From Bacteroidales bacterium (GTDB lineage: Bacteria; Bacteroidota; Bacteroidia; Bacteroidales; CAIWKO01), in the NCBI GenBank assembly GCA_035389045.1, contig DAOORA010000050.1:1-34714 (forward strand): a stretch of DNA of 34,714 nt, in the 5' to 3' direction. The notes beneath the pieces were generated by a model that saw nothing but the letters and a program-made list of their open reading frames with translations, was not told where the DNA came from and made no database searches. Made by a program: the position numbers and the translations under genes. Of the stretch, positions 15,701 to 27,600 are shown piece by piece (within the stretch, counting starts at the first letter, position 1; every line of letters begins with the position of its first letter).

Positions 15701-18635
15701 ACACTTGTTTGATGATACTGTCTCCCGGATCAATGTATGCGTCATAGTTCAGTGAGGCGATCTGAAAAACAGAATCGGGATCATAAACCGGGCTATGGGT
15801 CATCAAGATACGGTCTGTCCAGTTACGGTTATAAACGATGCCTGTCCCCACATTTTTAATGGACCATTTGATATCAATGGCCTGAGTGCCGCTGTCCGCA
15901 GGGGGAATTAAAATAGTACTTACGGCCAGGTCGGGTTTGGCAAGCCAGATACTATCCGTACTTCGTAAAAGATTATTGTTTTCGTTGCCATTTTCATATA
16001 TATTATTGTTCCAATCCGAATAAATGTACAAGTAATAGGCGCCCGATAAATTGTCCGGCAGAGATATTGATTTGGTGCGGTTCAGGCTTTCACCGGGCAG
16101 TAAAGAAGTTGAGGTATAACTCTGTTCAGTTACCAGGATCATAGAATCAGGGTGATAAACCGGAGATTTTGATATCATGATCCGGTCTTTCCAGGTTTTA
16201 TTCAATATTTTTCCATGTCCGTTGTTCAATACCGACCACTGGAGGTTGAACGGCAGGCTGGTATTATTTACCAGGGGGCAGACCATATTGGAAATGATAA
16301 GGTCTGGATTTACAATCATTACCGGGTTGTCTGTTCTGAGCACGTTATTATTTTCATACTCAAACTCAAAAACATTGTTGTTCAAATCTGTCTTAACATA
16401 TACATAATAAGGCCCTGTCAGGTTTTGGGAAAAATTGATCTGTTTAGTGGCAGAATAGGTGCTGTCGGGAGGCAGGCTGCTGACACTTATTGATTTAGGT
16501 CCCAGATTTAAAGCCTGGCCGATGTCGAAATAAGGGAGGTCAGATAAATAAACGCCATCGGTCCAGTTGAACACCGTGGGCGGTGTAGCTCCCTGATTCT
16601 GCACAGTCCAGCCGACCATAAAAACATCCTGGTTGCTTATGGTGTCCGGCATATTGATATGAGTAACTACAAGATCTGCGGGCGGTGTGAGGTACACAAT
16701 TACGGAATCGCTTCTTGTGGTATTATTGTTTTCATATACATATTCGAATACATTATTGGCAACGTCGGTTATCACGTAAAAATAATAGGTGCCGTAAATA
16801 TTGGACGGGATGGTCACCGCATGGGTAGTGGTATACGAACTGTCCGGGTTCAGAAGCCCGGTATGAGTGAATGTTCCAAGGTTCACGGCAGTATTGATGT
16901 TCAGCGCCGTATCTGATGAAATGTAAACCCTGTCGCTCCAGTTGCTGGTATTGGTGTTTCCATCTCCATAGTTCTTTACCGTCCAGGAAATAGTAACCGT
17001 CTGTCCGGAAAACATATCGGCAGGCGTAATGATAGAGGTGACTTTCAGATCGGGTTCCGGTGGTATGGGGAAAATGACTTCTTTATAGAAAAAATTATCA
17101 TGATATGGCGGCTGGTCGGAGATTTCTTTAACCACATTGACATAACTTCCGCCATGGGTATATGCCCGGTAATAGGGTGGAGGATTGTAAGGCAGGGGAG
17201 GACCTGTCTGTGGCCAGTTCATAAAAAGAGCATCCATTGCATCGGTTATTACGAAAAGGTAATAAGAACCGATCAGATTTGCAGGTATTTGTATCTGTTG
17301 GGTCTGAACATAGTTTTCGCCGGGATCGAGGTAGCTGACATTAGGATATTGTCCGAGCAGAATATCTTCCGCTTCACCAATCCGGACTTCAATATCAGGC
17401 GAAAGCCACACACGGTCCATCCATATATTTCCTGAGGGCGTAGGCCAGTTACCATCATTCTGTACGGTCCAGCTTATCGTCATCGGCTGGCCTGCAATGG
17501 GTTGCGAATTTGTTATTCCTGTAACATGGAGTTCGGGAAGCCCGGTGATAGAGAATACCTGAATTGGTCCCGGTGTCTGGGCACAGGGATTCTTTGCAAC
17601 GATCCTCCATTTGCAGGTATCTCCGTATGTAAACAAACTGCTTCCTGTTAACTGATAATTGATCTGTGTGATATTCGAAACAGTTGGTGTTGTGGGCTGT
17701 GACACGTTATATTTCCAGATATACAGGTCGTATAACGAGGCATTAGCCGACGGACTCCATGAAAACAGTATCGGGTATGAAATATCAAAAGAACTGTCCG
17801 CCGGCAGCATGCTGGTGACAGCCGAAGGGGGTGTGTTTGAATATACGGTAATGGCCTTAGAGGCAAACGCAGAATCGATGCCGTCGCTCACTTTAACCGA
17901 ATATACAGTGTTTACAGTAGGTTTAACCCATACTGCTGACAGGGTAGCAGAAAAACCAACAGGGTCGGACGACCAGTTAAACGTATAACCTCCCTGTCCA
18001 CCCGATGCCTGTGCTGTCAACAGAACAGAATCACCCATGCAGATACCATCCTTGTTTGAAGTGATGTTAACCGATACGGACGGCGATACCAGCCCGCCGC
18101 GGTATACCACGCCTGGTGACAATATATTGCCGGCAGTGTCTGTGATTTCGCAGCTGGTCAGGAACGTTACCGGGCTGGCTCCGCTGTTGTATTTAAACCT
18201 GAGATCCAGTATCTTGCCGGTCCCGATGGTCACCCCGTCGATATCAAACCATGAAACAGCAATGGTGTTGCTGTTTAGTTTATTGATCAACGGGTATCCG
18301 GGTATCAGCAAAGAATGGATATTTAATGCCCTTCCATAAGACAGCGTTGTACTGTTAAACTGAATATATAATGTTATGGATCCGATCTTGGGGAGATCAT
18401 GGGCTCTGACAGCTATGTCAATACTGTCACCCTGATGGGCTATCACGGTGTCTGCTGTCAGCATGGGGGTCTGGGCAAACACAGGTTTCATCAGGACAAG
18501 GATAAAAACAACCAGGGAAACACTCAGATTCATAATGGTCTTATGAAATATTCTGCTGCCTGTTGTGATAGCGGGCTTATCGGTTCTTATTATTTTCATG
18601 ATTTTTTTATTTTTAAAATCAACATTAATTTTCAT
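12786..18635 (-). CDS. Cohesin + 10x CARDB scaffold-like protein (up to 1949 aa) with PPC-like and IPT/TIG-like domains and no T9SS CTD
   Basis: Signal peptide ...MKPVFA|Q. The ATG at 18635 overlaps the upstream TAA (TAATG); alternative starts at 18599 and 18533. Cohesin-like domain ~18088-18470. Ten (P/A)DL.V....P...W.VKN.G....W.D.VYLS...G.YY..V..D..N...E....NN units. Ends ...GILRPGVSGTITIYTKTIAGLGYIIEY*. Confidence 0.9.
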   Translation of the reverse strand: MKINVDFKNKKIMKIIRTDKPAITTGSRIFHKTIMNLSVSLVVFILVLMKPVFAQTPMLTADTVIAHQGDSIDIAVRAHDLPKIGSITLYIQFNSTTLSYGRALNIHSLLIPGYPLINKLNSNTIAVSWFDIDGVTIGTGKILDLRFKYNSGASPVTFLTSCEITDTAGNILSPGVVYRGGLVSPSVSVNITSNKDGICMGDSVLLTAQASGGQGGYTFNWSSDPVGFSATLSAVWVKPTVNTVYSVKVSDGIDSAFASKAITVYSNTPPSAVTSMLPADSSFDISYPILFSWSPSANASLYDLYIWKYNVSQPTTPTVSNITQINYQLTGSSLFTYGDTCKWRIVAKNPCAQTPGPIQVFSITGLPELHVTGITNSQPIAGQPMTISWTVQNDGNWPTPSGNIWMDRVWLSPDIEVRIGEAEDILLGQYPNVSYLDPGENYVQTQQIQIPANLIGSYYLFVITDAMDALFMNWPQTGPPLPYNPPPYYRAYTHGGSYVNVVKEISDQPPYHDNFFYKEVIFPIPPEPDLKVTSIITPADMFSGQTVTISWTVKNYGDGNTNTSNWSDRVYISSDTALNINTAVNLGTFTHTGLLNPDSSYTTTHAVTIPSNIYGTYYFYVITDVANNVFEYVYENNNTTRSDSVIVYLTPPADLVVTHINMPDTISNQDVFMVGWTVQNQGATPPTVFNWTDGVYLSDLPYFDIGQALNLGPKSISVSSLPPDSTYSATKQINFSQNLTGPYYVYVKTDLNNNVFEFEYENNNVLRTDNPVMIVNPDLIISNMVCPLVNNTSLPFNLQWSVLNNGHGKILNKTWKDRIMISKSPVYHPDSMILVTEQSYTSTSLLPGESLNRTKSISLPDNLSGAYYLYIYSDWNNNIYENGNENNNLLRSTDSIWLAKPDLAVSTILIPPADSGTQAIDIKWSIKNVGTGIVYNRNWTDRILMTHSPVYDPDSVFQIASLNYDAYIDPGDSIIKQVFVTLPDSAVPGTYYIFIHADYLDQIFENYSEANNLEHSASTIQIKRPDLIVSSLVVPSSANSGETINVQWVTENTGTLTMWNKTWKDRIYLSHFPSYYQGGNVFLGEKVCNGTLHPGDTMPNQLSVEIPEGLQGNYYVHVYTDYGDGIDEAINENNNIADFMIHLNIGTWADLQVMNIQIPDSAEAGNNIPLNFIVKNAGAKNITGKTWIDKVFISSIPIWDPGSSSHLRSLAASFSVAADSTYSIVSDINLPAGLAGGNHYIYVFADAEDSIFEYTAEYNNVLRSNALYIQPLPPVDLVALDIVNPDTVNSGQAVTVQWTVKNLSVTGSVITWYDAVYLSTDSIWNQNTDLYLGKRNHHGILDFDESYSCSQSFNIPNGISGNYYLLVVADYEQDNNDGNLLNNSGARKKNGPSMLTTHITLTPPPDLVVTSFSVPTQAVTGVSFNAIWTVKNQGVGSISGSTWTDKIYLSSDFVINTGDVMIGSKTRTGIIGINETYSDTLPVTLPNNVTGNFIIIIMTDGGNGIFESDENNNTKYAFTVISQPPPADLFVVEIVPPDSVTVGKTTTIQWTLKNIGQNPAIGTVKDMVYFSEDPFWDIDDELFGSYQSGINLGAGAEVPRSLTARANGLHLGYYYVIIRTDVLNGIYENNEVNNISETNEPVFANVRELPIGVTLGDTLNDFENLYFRIPIAYSQNDETMLTTLKADSVSGSNEMYLKYDDMPTRIIYDYSSDNPYQGNQKIIVPSVMDGSYYMLLYGNTLAGNSQLVDVRADILTFQILSSNPATGGNTGQVTLEIIGSKFDPYLDARLENGTITITAEDIIYVDYSRIYATFDLTGIQPGVFDLVLEKLNGDTVSLQEGFEVVSGAAPNLGVYIISPPSARSNRITSFTIEYANLGNTNIINPEVKVKSLSISPIALSVDQLTNMYHELVVPLEEENGPSGILRPGVSGTITIYTKTIAGLGYIIEY
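13720..17540 (-). repeat. Ten diverged CARDB-type domain repeats (~125 aa each)
   Basis: Unit starts: LPELHV, EPDLKV, PADLVV, NPDLII, KPDLAV, RPDLIV, WADLQV, PVDLVA, PPDLVV, PADLFV. Confidence 0.85.
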
Positions 18636-21600
18636 TATCGCATGATCATCATTCTGCGTGTTTCCTCAAACGTGTTCTTCATACCCGCTGCACGCAAACG
18701 ATAGAAATAAACACCCTGTGCAAAATCTTTTCCGTCGATCTCCATCTCGTGCCATCCGGCAGAGAGTTTTTCGTAAGATATCTTTTTGATTTCAACGCCC
18801 TGCATATTTAACACACTCAGGTCAAGAGATACTTCTTCAGGCACATAAACCCGGACCATAGTTGATGAAGAGAACGGATTGGGAATATTGTCTTCCAGTT
18901 TAAATCCATCAAATTTTTCCGTAATATTCAATTGTTCAACCCTGAGTTGCAGTCCGCTGATCACGTTACCTTCCTTATCGGCAATTTCACACTGATCTGC
19001 CAGTGAAAAGCAGGCAACATCGTTCGGAGCGTCAGATTTAATCTTACATTTGAGGGATAAGAGCACGTTTTCATTCAGCGCCAAGCCGTTTTCGTCGTAA
19101 GCCCCAACCGATAAAACACCGTTATTGATATTGTGTTCAACATCGCTTCCATTCAGTGTAACTCCGTTGATCTCCATCAGGTTATCTGGGAATTGAATAT
19201 GTAAGGTAACGGCGCCGGGCACAATGTTTTTGTTTACATATATCGGCAAAACAAAAGACTCTCCGGCAATAATATCGGCGTTTCCGCTGACGCATGCCAT
19301 CTCCGGTGACCCTTCTGCCATCTTGGTGTTATAAATATTATAAGAACCGTTCACGTCACCCATGCATAACACCTTGATAATGCCGTTGGGTTGATTATTG
19401 GTGAGGTAAACGGACTTTCTTTCGGATGTCCAGTCGCCTGCTGCAAAAGAAGATGTCATACCGATGGTGCGTCTTAAAACCTGCAATGCGTCAGCGCTTG
19501 AAACCGTCTGAGAGTTATTAACATCGGCTGCATTCAGGTTGATACCACTCAGAGCGGCAAGGTTCACCACATGGCGCCTGATGACAAGGCCATCCGTTGC
19601 ATTAATCCCGCCATGCAGATAGGTGGGTTTTGCGTAAAGGGTATAGGTTCCCCAGGCGAGACCGTCAAAATAATAATATCCAGACCCGGAAGTCAATACA
19701 GAGTCAATGATCACATGAGAAGCATTTTCCAGATATACCCATTCGTTTTGCATGGGTGTCTGTGAGATATTATTATATACAACGGTCCCGGCTGAAATAT
19801 ATCTCACGCCGATATATACATTATCGGTGGCGCTGCAGCTATTAGCGTCTGTCACCGATAAGGTGTAAGTTATGGATGAATTAGGTGTTGCAACAGGGTT
19901 TAGAATGTCATTATCAGACAAATAACTAGATGGAGTCCATAACAGGGTATAAGGCAGGCTGCCTCCGGTGACATTTCCGTTCAGTGTAACCGGTGCCCCC
20001 TGGTTAATGATCGTATCCGAACCAGCATTGACCACTGGAATAGGATGAACTGTCACGCTAAGGTATGATTCAGCTCCGTCACCGCAATTATTATGTCCTT
20101 TAACGGTAATATTTCCGGATACGGCAATATTAGTGAAGCTGACGGTGATTGAATTGGTCGAACTTGTTCCTGTCACCCCGGAGGGTAAGGTCCATATATA
20201 GGAAGTGATATTTGCTATGACCGGCACCGTATAGGTAATGTTATTCTGTCCTCTGCATGTGCTGGTAATTCCGGAGATCGTTCCTGCCGCGCCGGGCAGT
20301 ACCTGAGGCAGTATCGTTATTGTCAGGATATTGCTCGTGTCAGGATTGTTGACCACATAAGGCAGGTTAGAGGTCATAATACAGATAATAGTGTCGTAAT
20401 CCACAGGAGTATAAGAAAAAATATTCCCGTTGTTATTTGCATATTTCTGTTGCATCAGCGAGTCATTAACATACCATTGATATAATGGGTTTGTGCCGCC
20501 ATTGGTGGGAATTGCAGTGCAGGTGACTACGGTATTTAAGCAGGGATTGAACGATGGCGCCGAAATAGTAACAGAAGCCACAGGAGGCGCCACAGTATAT
20601 GCATGAACGAAAAGCTGCGGATTGCCGCCATTAGAAGTAATATACAATGTATCCGTATAGCTTCCTGCATAAACCGGGCTGAAGGTCACAGAAAGCATCG
20701 CTGACCCGCCCGGAGGAACAGTAAATGATGTGTGGTTAACCGTAAATACCGGGTTATTATTCGTAATATTGGTAACGATCAGCGTGTCGCAGCCATGGTT
20801 CGCAAATTGCACCGAGTCAGAGATTGATGCTCCGGCGACAATGCTGTCTATGTAAAGATCTGGGGACAGCAATTGTATTTCAGGACTCCCTGCCAAAATA
20901 AGATGAAGCGGAATAATTTCTTCACTGTGTAAAGGAGCATTCGAACTAATCCCGATCCCGCCGTAATGATGTCCGTTAAACAACCCGGAAGTTATAAGGG
21001 TTACCTGAACATTGGCCGAATCACCGGCTGCTACTGAGCCGTTATCAGGATCGGTGTCGATGCCAATCTTATTGATCATTGCGCCTGAAGCTACCCTGGC
21101 AACATTCGACAGATACCCGTTTTTATAACGATCAAAACAATATACACTGTCGCCTGATGTCTCATTGAACTCCCATAATCCGAGTGAATACTGTGACGTT
21201 GACACATATGGCTCTTTGTACAGGTTTTTAATCTGTACACCGCTGCGTGTTTCTTTCCATATGCGCAGCTCATCAAGCTGTCCGTAAAAATGACAGGAAC
21301 TACTGTAGCCAATGCCTAAGCGGGCATCATTAATAATGGAGGGCCAGTAAGGATTATAGCTGCCATTGGTGACCACATTGCCGTCAAGGTATGTCCATAC
21401 TTTATTCTGAACGATATCCCATGTAACAGCGATATGATGCCAGTTGCCGACATCCACATTATCGGCAATGGAATACGTGGTGTATGAATCACCGTTGTCG
21501 GCGCCAATTCTCAAATATATATAATTATAATATTGGTATATATTTATGCCTTTCCAGTTATTGTTTACCCCTGAAGAAGAAAACATGACTCTTTGTCCCG

Positions 21601-24600
21601 AACCGACACTGGACTTCATCCAGAATTCAATGGTTCCTTTTTGCGGCATAGTGCCAAAATCACCCAAAATCACTTCAGAATTACTGCCGTTGAAGGATAA
21701 TGCATTTCCGGCGCCATTGGTGTAGTAAGCATTCCAGTTCAGGATATTGCTGCCGGTATTTTTTACCATCAGGTTGGAAATAATGGTGTCATAACATTCG
21801 CCTGAATTGATCAGTAGACTGTCGGGTGTAACAGCCAGCATCGGCGCAGCAATAATTGTCCCGCTGACATACAGCCGTTTAATTTCACTGTTATTCTGTA
21901 TGATCAGTGTGTCGCTGTGGAGCCCCTGTACCATTGAATAAAAACTCACTGTGACAAGCCCGGAATCCCTGGGCATTATATAAGAAGGATAAAGGGAAGT
22001 GAATGCAGGATCAGCATGGTTTACAGCATTAATAATCAGCGAATCACAGCCAGTATTATAAATTGTGAACGTGTCAGAGACCAATACACCGGCATATATG
22101 GGTGAAAAGGCTTTAACACTGTCCTTAATCACAATTTGAGGAGATCCGTTAATTGTAAAAATTAAGGGCACAGTAACAAAAGAAGACACAGGCACATTGG
22201 TTGCTATCAGCATATGCTGTAGATAGGTTCCTGAATTGATCTGCCCTGCGTTGAACGTAATATCCAGCACCGAAGTGTCACCGGGCAAAATCCACGCTGC
22301 AGAATCGCTCAGGGTTATCCAGTCACATATTGATCCGTTTATTTCGAGATCGTCGATCACCACACCGTCACTCACAACAGAGCCATCGGAGGTGAACAGA
22401 AAACGAATTTTTACATAATCGCCAACATTGACATAATTGCTTATCGGAAACTGCTTCAGACTCCAGGATTCCGAACCGGTAAAACTTGGTGAAAGGGACA
22501 CCCAGGAGCCTCCGTTCACACTTATCTGGGTATATAAATAGTCGTAACCGCTTTCCATCGATCTTTTTAACATATACTGTATCCTGGCGCTGTCTTTATT
22601 GGAAACAAATATGGAGTCTTTCATTTGTATGTAGTAACTCCAACTGTTGCCATAACTCCCGGACGGGCTCTCGGTGAGGCCGTTCACGCTGGTATAGCCC
22701 TGGTTAATGATACCCCAGTTGCCATTGGTTATCCATTTGCTCAAGCCATTTTCAAAATCATCTTTAAACACAGTGGTAAGAGAATAAACACAGCTTAAAG
22801 TGTCATTACCCGTATTAATGATCTGCATGGATGTTGTTATGGTGTCGTCACAAAGGTATGTGCCCGCTACAACACTGTCGGGGATAATGGTAATCCCGGG
22901 TGTATTCAGGATGGTGCCGCTGACATACAGATGACGGATTTCACTGTTGTTAAGTATGGTAAGGGTATCGCTGTGAAGCCCATAGACCATTGAATAAAAA
23001 CTTACCGTGATGATCCCTGAATCTCCCGGCATGATATAAGGGGGAAAAACCGACGTAAAGGCAGGATCATTATTATTTACAGATGCAATCAACAATGAAT
23101 CACACCCCATATTATATATTTTAAAAGTATCAGTAACGGTTGCCCCGGCCATGATATCGGGAAATATACTTATACTGTCGGTGAGCAGAATCTGGGGCGT
23201 TCCGTTAATGGTGAAACTCATCGGTACAATAATAATTGGGTTTAATGGATCATTTGATTCCACCACCAGGTTCTGATAATAGGTTCCGGATTGTAACAAG
23301 CCGGTACCGAATGTAATATCCAGGAGACCGGTGTCACCGGGTAATACACTGCCTGTCGTATCGCTCAGCGATGCCCAGACGCCCCCCGTTCCATTAATAC
23401 TTACTTCATCTATGGACCAGTTATCATAGCCCGATCCGCTGTGGCTCAACTGACGCCATCTTATCAGGGTAGTCATACTCTGGGCGCCAACCGGTATCTG
23501 AGCCTGGACAGCCGTAAACACAGGGTAATTATCATTATAATACGTCTGAATGTTGACCCATGTGGCGCCATTATTTATCGAATATTCGAGTACAACATCT
23601 TCTCCTCCGTCAGCATTTTCACAGGGGCTGGAACCGGTACCGAATTTCAGGTAGAAAGCAATGACCCCGCCGCCCATGGTGTTAAAAGGTTTTGTAATAG
23701 CTTCCCTTGTACCGCTTCCATTAAAATATAATGCATTATTTCCGGCAGCAGTGCCGCACGAGTTAGACGCTACTCCGTTAGAAACGCTGCTCCATTGGGT
23801 GTTATCAACACCATTGTTAAAATTATCGGCTAAACTTTCAGAGAAATAATAAGAACATGTCAGGGTGTCATTACCTGTATTAATGATCTGCAGTGTGGAA
23901 ACCACCGGGTCGACACAATTATTTGTGCTGACAACAATGTTATCCGGTTCCACATCAATAGCAGGTGTGGGTGTGGTTGCTCCCCATACATACAGGTGCA
24001 CCGTTTCGCTGTTGCTTACAATGGTGATCGTATCATAGAAAACGGCCTGGGTCAATGAAGAGAAATTGACAATGATCTGTCCGGAATCCCGGGGTAACAC
24101 ATACGGTGGATAAACGGGCGTAAATGCCGCATTGTTATGGTTCAGGGCTGATATGATCAGGGAATCACATCCCGTATTATAGATCATAAATGTATCAGCT
24201 GCCGAACTGCCCGCCATGATCGAATGGAAAGTTCCGATACTGTCACCGAGAACGATCTGTGGAGGTCCGTTCAGTATAAGCTGTGTGGGTACAAAAGCTA
24301 TCGGATGCAGAGGATCGTTAGTGTTTACAGCGATCACCGAATTATGTATGCCATTGTTGAAACCACCGGTATAAAAGGTTACCTCTAAAGTGGCCGTATC
24401 TCCTCCGGGCAGTAATCCGCTGACCATATCGGCTTCTATTTGCGGAGATTGTATTGGTGCGGCAGAGTTAACCCTTGTGGTATTAAGCAGAACGCCTTTT
24501 TTATCGGAATTAAAACTATACACGGTGTCGCCCGATGCTTCATTGAATTCCCAGCAACCTGTCAGTCCTGCCGGAGGCATGAATATTCCGTCATGAGCAT

Positions 24601-27600
24601 TAGCACTTATATCGGCAGCCGCGCGGTTGACATTCCACATGCGGAATCCGTCAAGCTCCCCATTGAAATGGTAGCTTGCTGTACTATTGTAACAAACCCC
24701 AAGCCTCACATCCGAAAACACAGTGGGCCAGTATGAGTTATAACTGCCGTTATTGGTAACCACACCGTCATAATAGGTCCATATCTTATTCTGTGTTTTA
24801 TCCCAGGTAACGGCTACATGGTGCCAATAACCATAACCAACATTAGTTGTTATCACATAATTGGTATAATACGATCCCGCATCGTCACCATAAATCAGAT
24901 ACAAATAGGTTCCGCTCTGATAAATATTCAATCCTTTCCAGTTTCCGTTAAGGCCTGAAGAACAATAAACCCTTCTTGTCCCCGAATTTACATTGGTTTT
25001 CATCCAGAATTCGACACAGCCCTGGTTAGGCATTTGCCCGAAGTTACCAAAAAGCACCTCGCTGGTACTGCCATTGAACGACAAGGATTTGCCGGCTCCG
25101 GTGCTATAATAAGCATTCCAGTCGAGTGTATCATTGCCCGTATTTATGACCTGTAGCGTAGCAACAATCGTGTCAACACAACTATTGGTACTCGCCAGTA
25201 AACTGTCCGGGGCCAATATCAATTCCGGAGTTGGCAAAATAGTCCCGCTTACATACAGATGCCTGGTGTCGCTATTGTTCAGAATGGTAAGGGTGTCGCT
25301 GTGCAGGCCCTGTGTCAGCGAATAAAAACTGACTACAATATTACCAGAGTCGCGGGGCAAAACAAATGATGGATAGGAAACTGTAAATGCCGTGTCGGCA
25401 ATATTTACGGCTGTAATTTTTAATGAATCACATCCCGTATTATATACTTTAAAAGTATGAGTTGCGGTTTGTCCGGCCATTATGGACGGGAGGACGGTGG
25501 TGCTGTCGTGGAGCACGATCTGCGGTTGTCCCGTAAGAATAATCTGTGTAGGAATAACAGTAAACGGATGCAGTGGGTCATTGGTATAAATTCCGATCAC
25601 CGAATTGTGTATCCCGTTGTTGAAACCATGGGTCACAAATGTTATAGCGATATCGGTCGTATCACCGCCGGGCAGCAAACCGCTGACCATATCTGCCTCT
25701 ATTTGGGGAGATTGTACCGGGGCGGCAGAATTTACCCTGGTGGTATTTAGCAAAACACCTTTTTTGCCGGAGTTAAAACTATACACGGTGTCTCCCGACG
25801 GCTCATTGAAACCCCACAACCCTGTCAGGTCCGCAGGAGGCATGAATAACCCCTCGCGGTAATAATTACTGATTTCTGCAGCGGAACGGTTTACACTCCA
25901 CATGCGTAATTCGTCGATCTCCCCGTTGAAATGGTAGCTTGCAGTAGTATTATAACAAACGCCAAGTCTTACATCCGAAAACATTGTTGGCCAGTAAGAG
26001 TTATAACTGCCGTTATTGGTAACCACACCGTCATAATAAGTCCAGATCTTGTTCTGTGTTTTATCCCAGGTAACAGCTACATGGTGCCAATAGCCATAGC
26101 CGACATTAGATATTATTGTATACGTAGTATAATACGATCCGGCATCGTTACCAAAAATCATATACAGATACGTTCCGCTCTGATAGATGTTCAACCCCTT
26201 CCAGTTTCCGTTAAGACCTGAAGAACTGAATACCCTTTTTGTCCCCGAGTTTACATTGGTTTTCATCCAGAATTCGACGCTGCCCTTATCCGGCATCTGC
26301 CCGAAATTCCCGAAAAGAACCTCGCTTGTGCTGCCATTGAACGACAACGATTTTCCGGGTCCGTTACAATAATAAGCATCCCAGTCGAGTGTATCATTGC
26401 CCGTATTGATTATTTGCAGGGTGGAAACAACAGTATCTTCACAAATATCCGTGGCGGCCAGGATACTGTCGGGAATCAGCACCAGCTCAGGTGTCTGCAT
26501 AATAGTGCCGCTGACATAAAGATGTTTGTTTTCACTATTATTCAGTATGGTCAACGTATCTGAATGCAAGCCCTGGATCAGTGAAGTAAACTGAACGGTA
26601 ATAATACCGGAATCCCTTGGTAAAATAAAAGAAGGGAACCCGGGAATAAATGCCGGATCAGCAACAGTTACACCGGTAATTTTTAAAGAATCACAGCCGG
26701 TATTATAAATTTTAAAAGTATCCGACACCAATGCTCCGGCCATAATCGACGGGAATGTCCTGATACTGTCATTGAAGACTACCTGAGGCGATCCGTTAAG
26801 AATAAGCTGTGTTGGCACCATAACGAATTGATTAAGGGGGTCGTTGGTATAGATTCCGATCAGCGAATTGTGTGTTCCGTTATTGAAGCCATTTGTGATA
26901 AAGGAGACCTCTACAGTGGCTGAATCTCCGTCTGCAACTTGTCCGCTGAAAGGATTAACATCTATCTGAGGATCGTTTATCAAGGCGCCTGAACTAACCC
27001 GGGTCGTGTTATATAAAACCCCTGAAATGTCTGAATTGAAACTGTAAACGGTATCGCCCGAAGGTTCATTAAATTCCCATAACCCGGTCAAACCTGCCGG
27101 AGGAATAAATAAGCCTTTGCGATAATAACTGCTGATTTCTGCAGCAGTGCGGTTAACGGTCCACAGGCGTAATTCATCAATTTCGCCATTGTAATGATAT
27201 GTGGTGGATGACTGGTATCCGATACCCAGTCTTACATCCGAAAAATTGGTGACCCAGCGGGGATTATAACTACCGTTATTAGTCACAATTCCATCAAAAC
27301 AGGTCGATACCTGGTTCACCGTTTTATCCCATGTGACTGCAACGTGGTGCCATTTTGTATAATCAACATTGGTTGTAATCGTAAATGTATAGTATGAGGC
27401 ATTGTCATCACCCATGCGCAGATATAAATAAGTTCCGCTCTGATATATATTTACTCCTTTGTAGTTATTATTTATCCCTGAGGATGAAAATATATATTTC
27501 GTACCTGAGTTAACATTGGTCTTCATCCAGAATTCAACAGCACCTTTTACGGGCATGGGGCCAAGGTTCCCGAAATGAACCTCGCTGTTATTACCATTGA

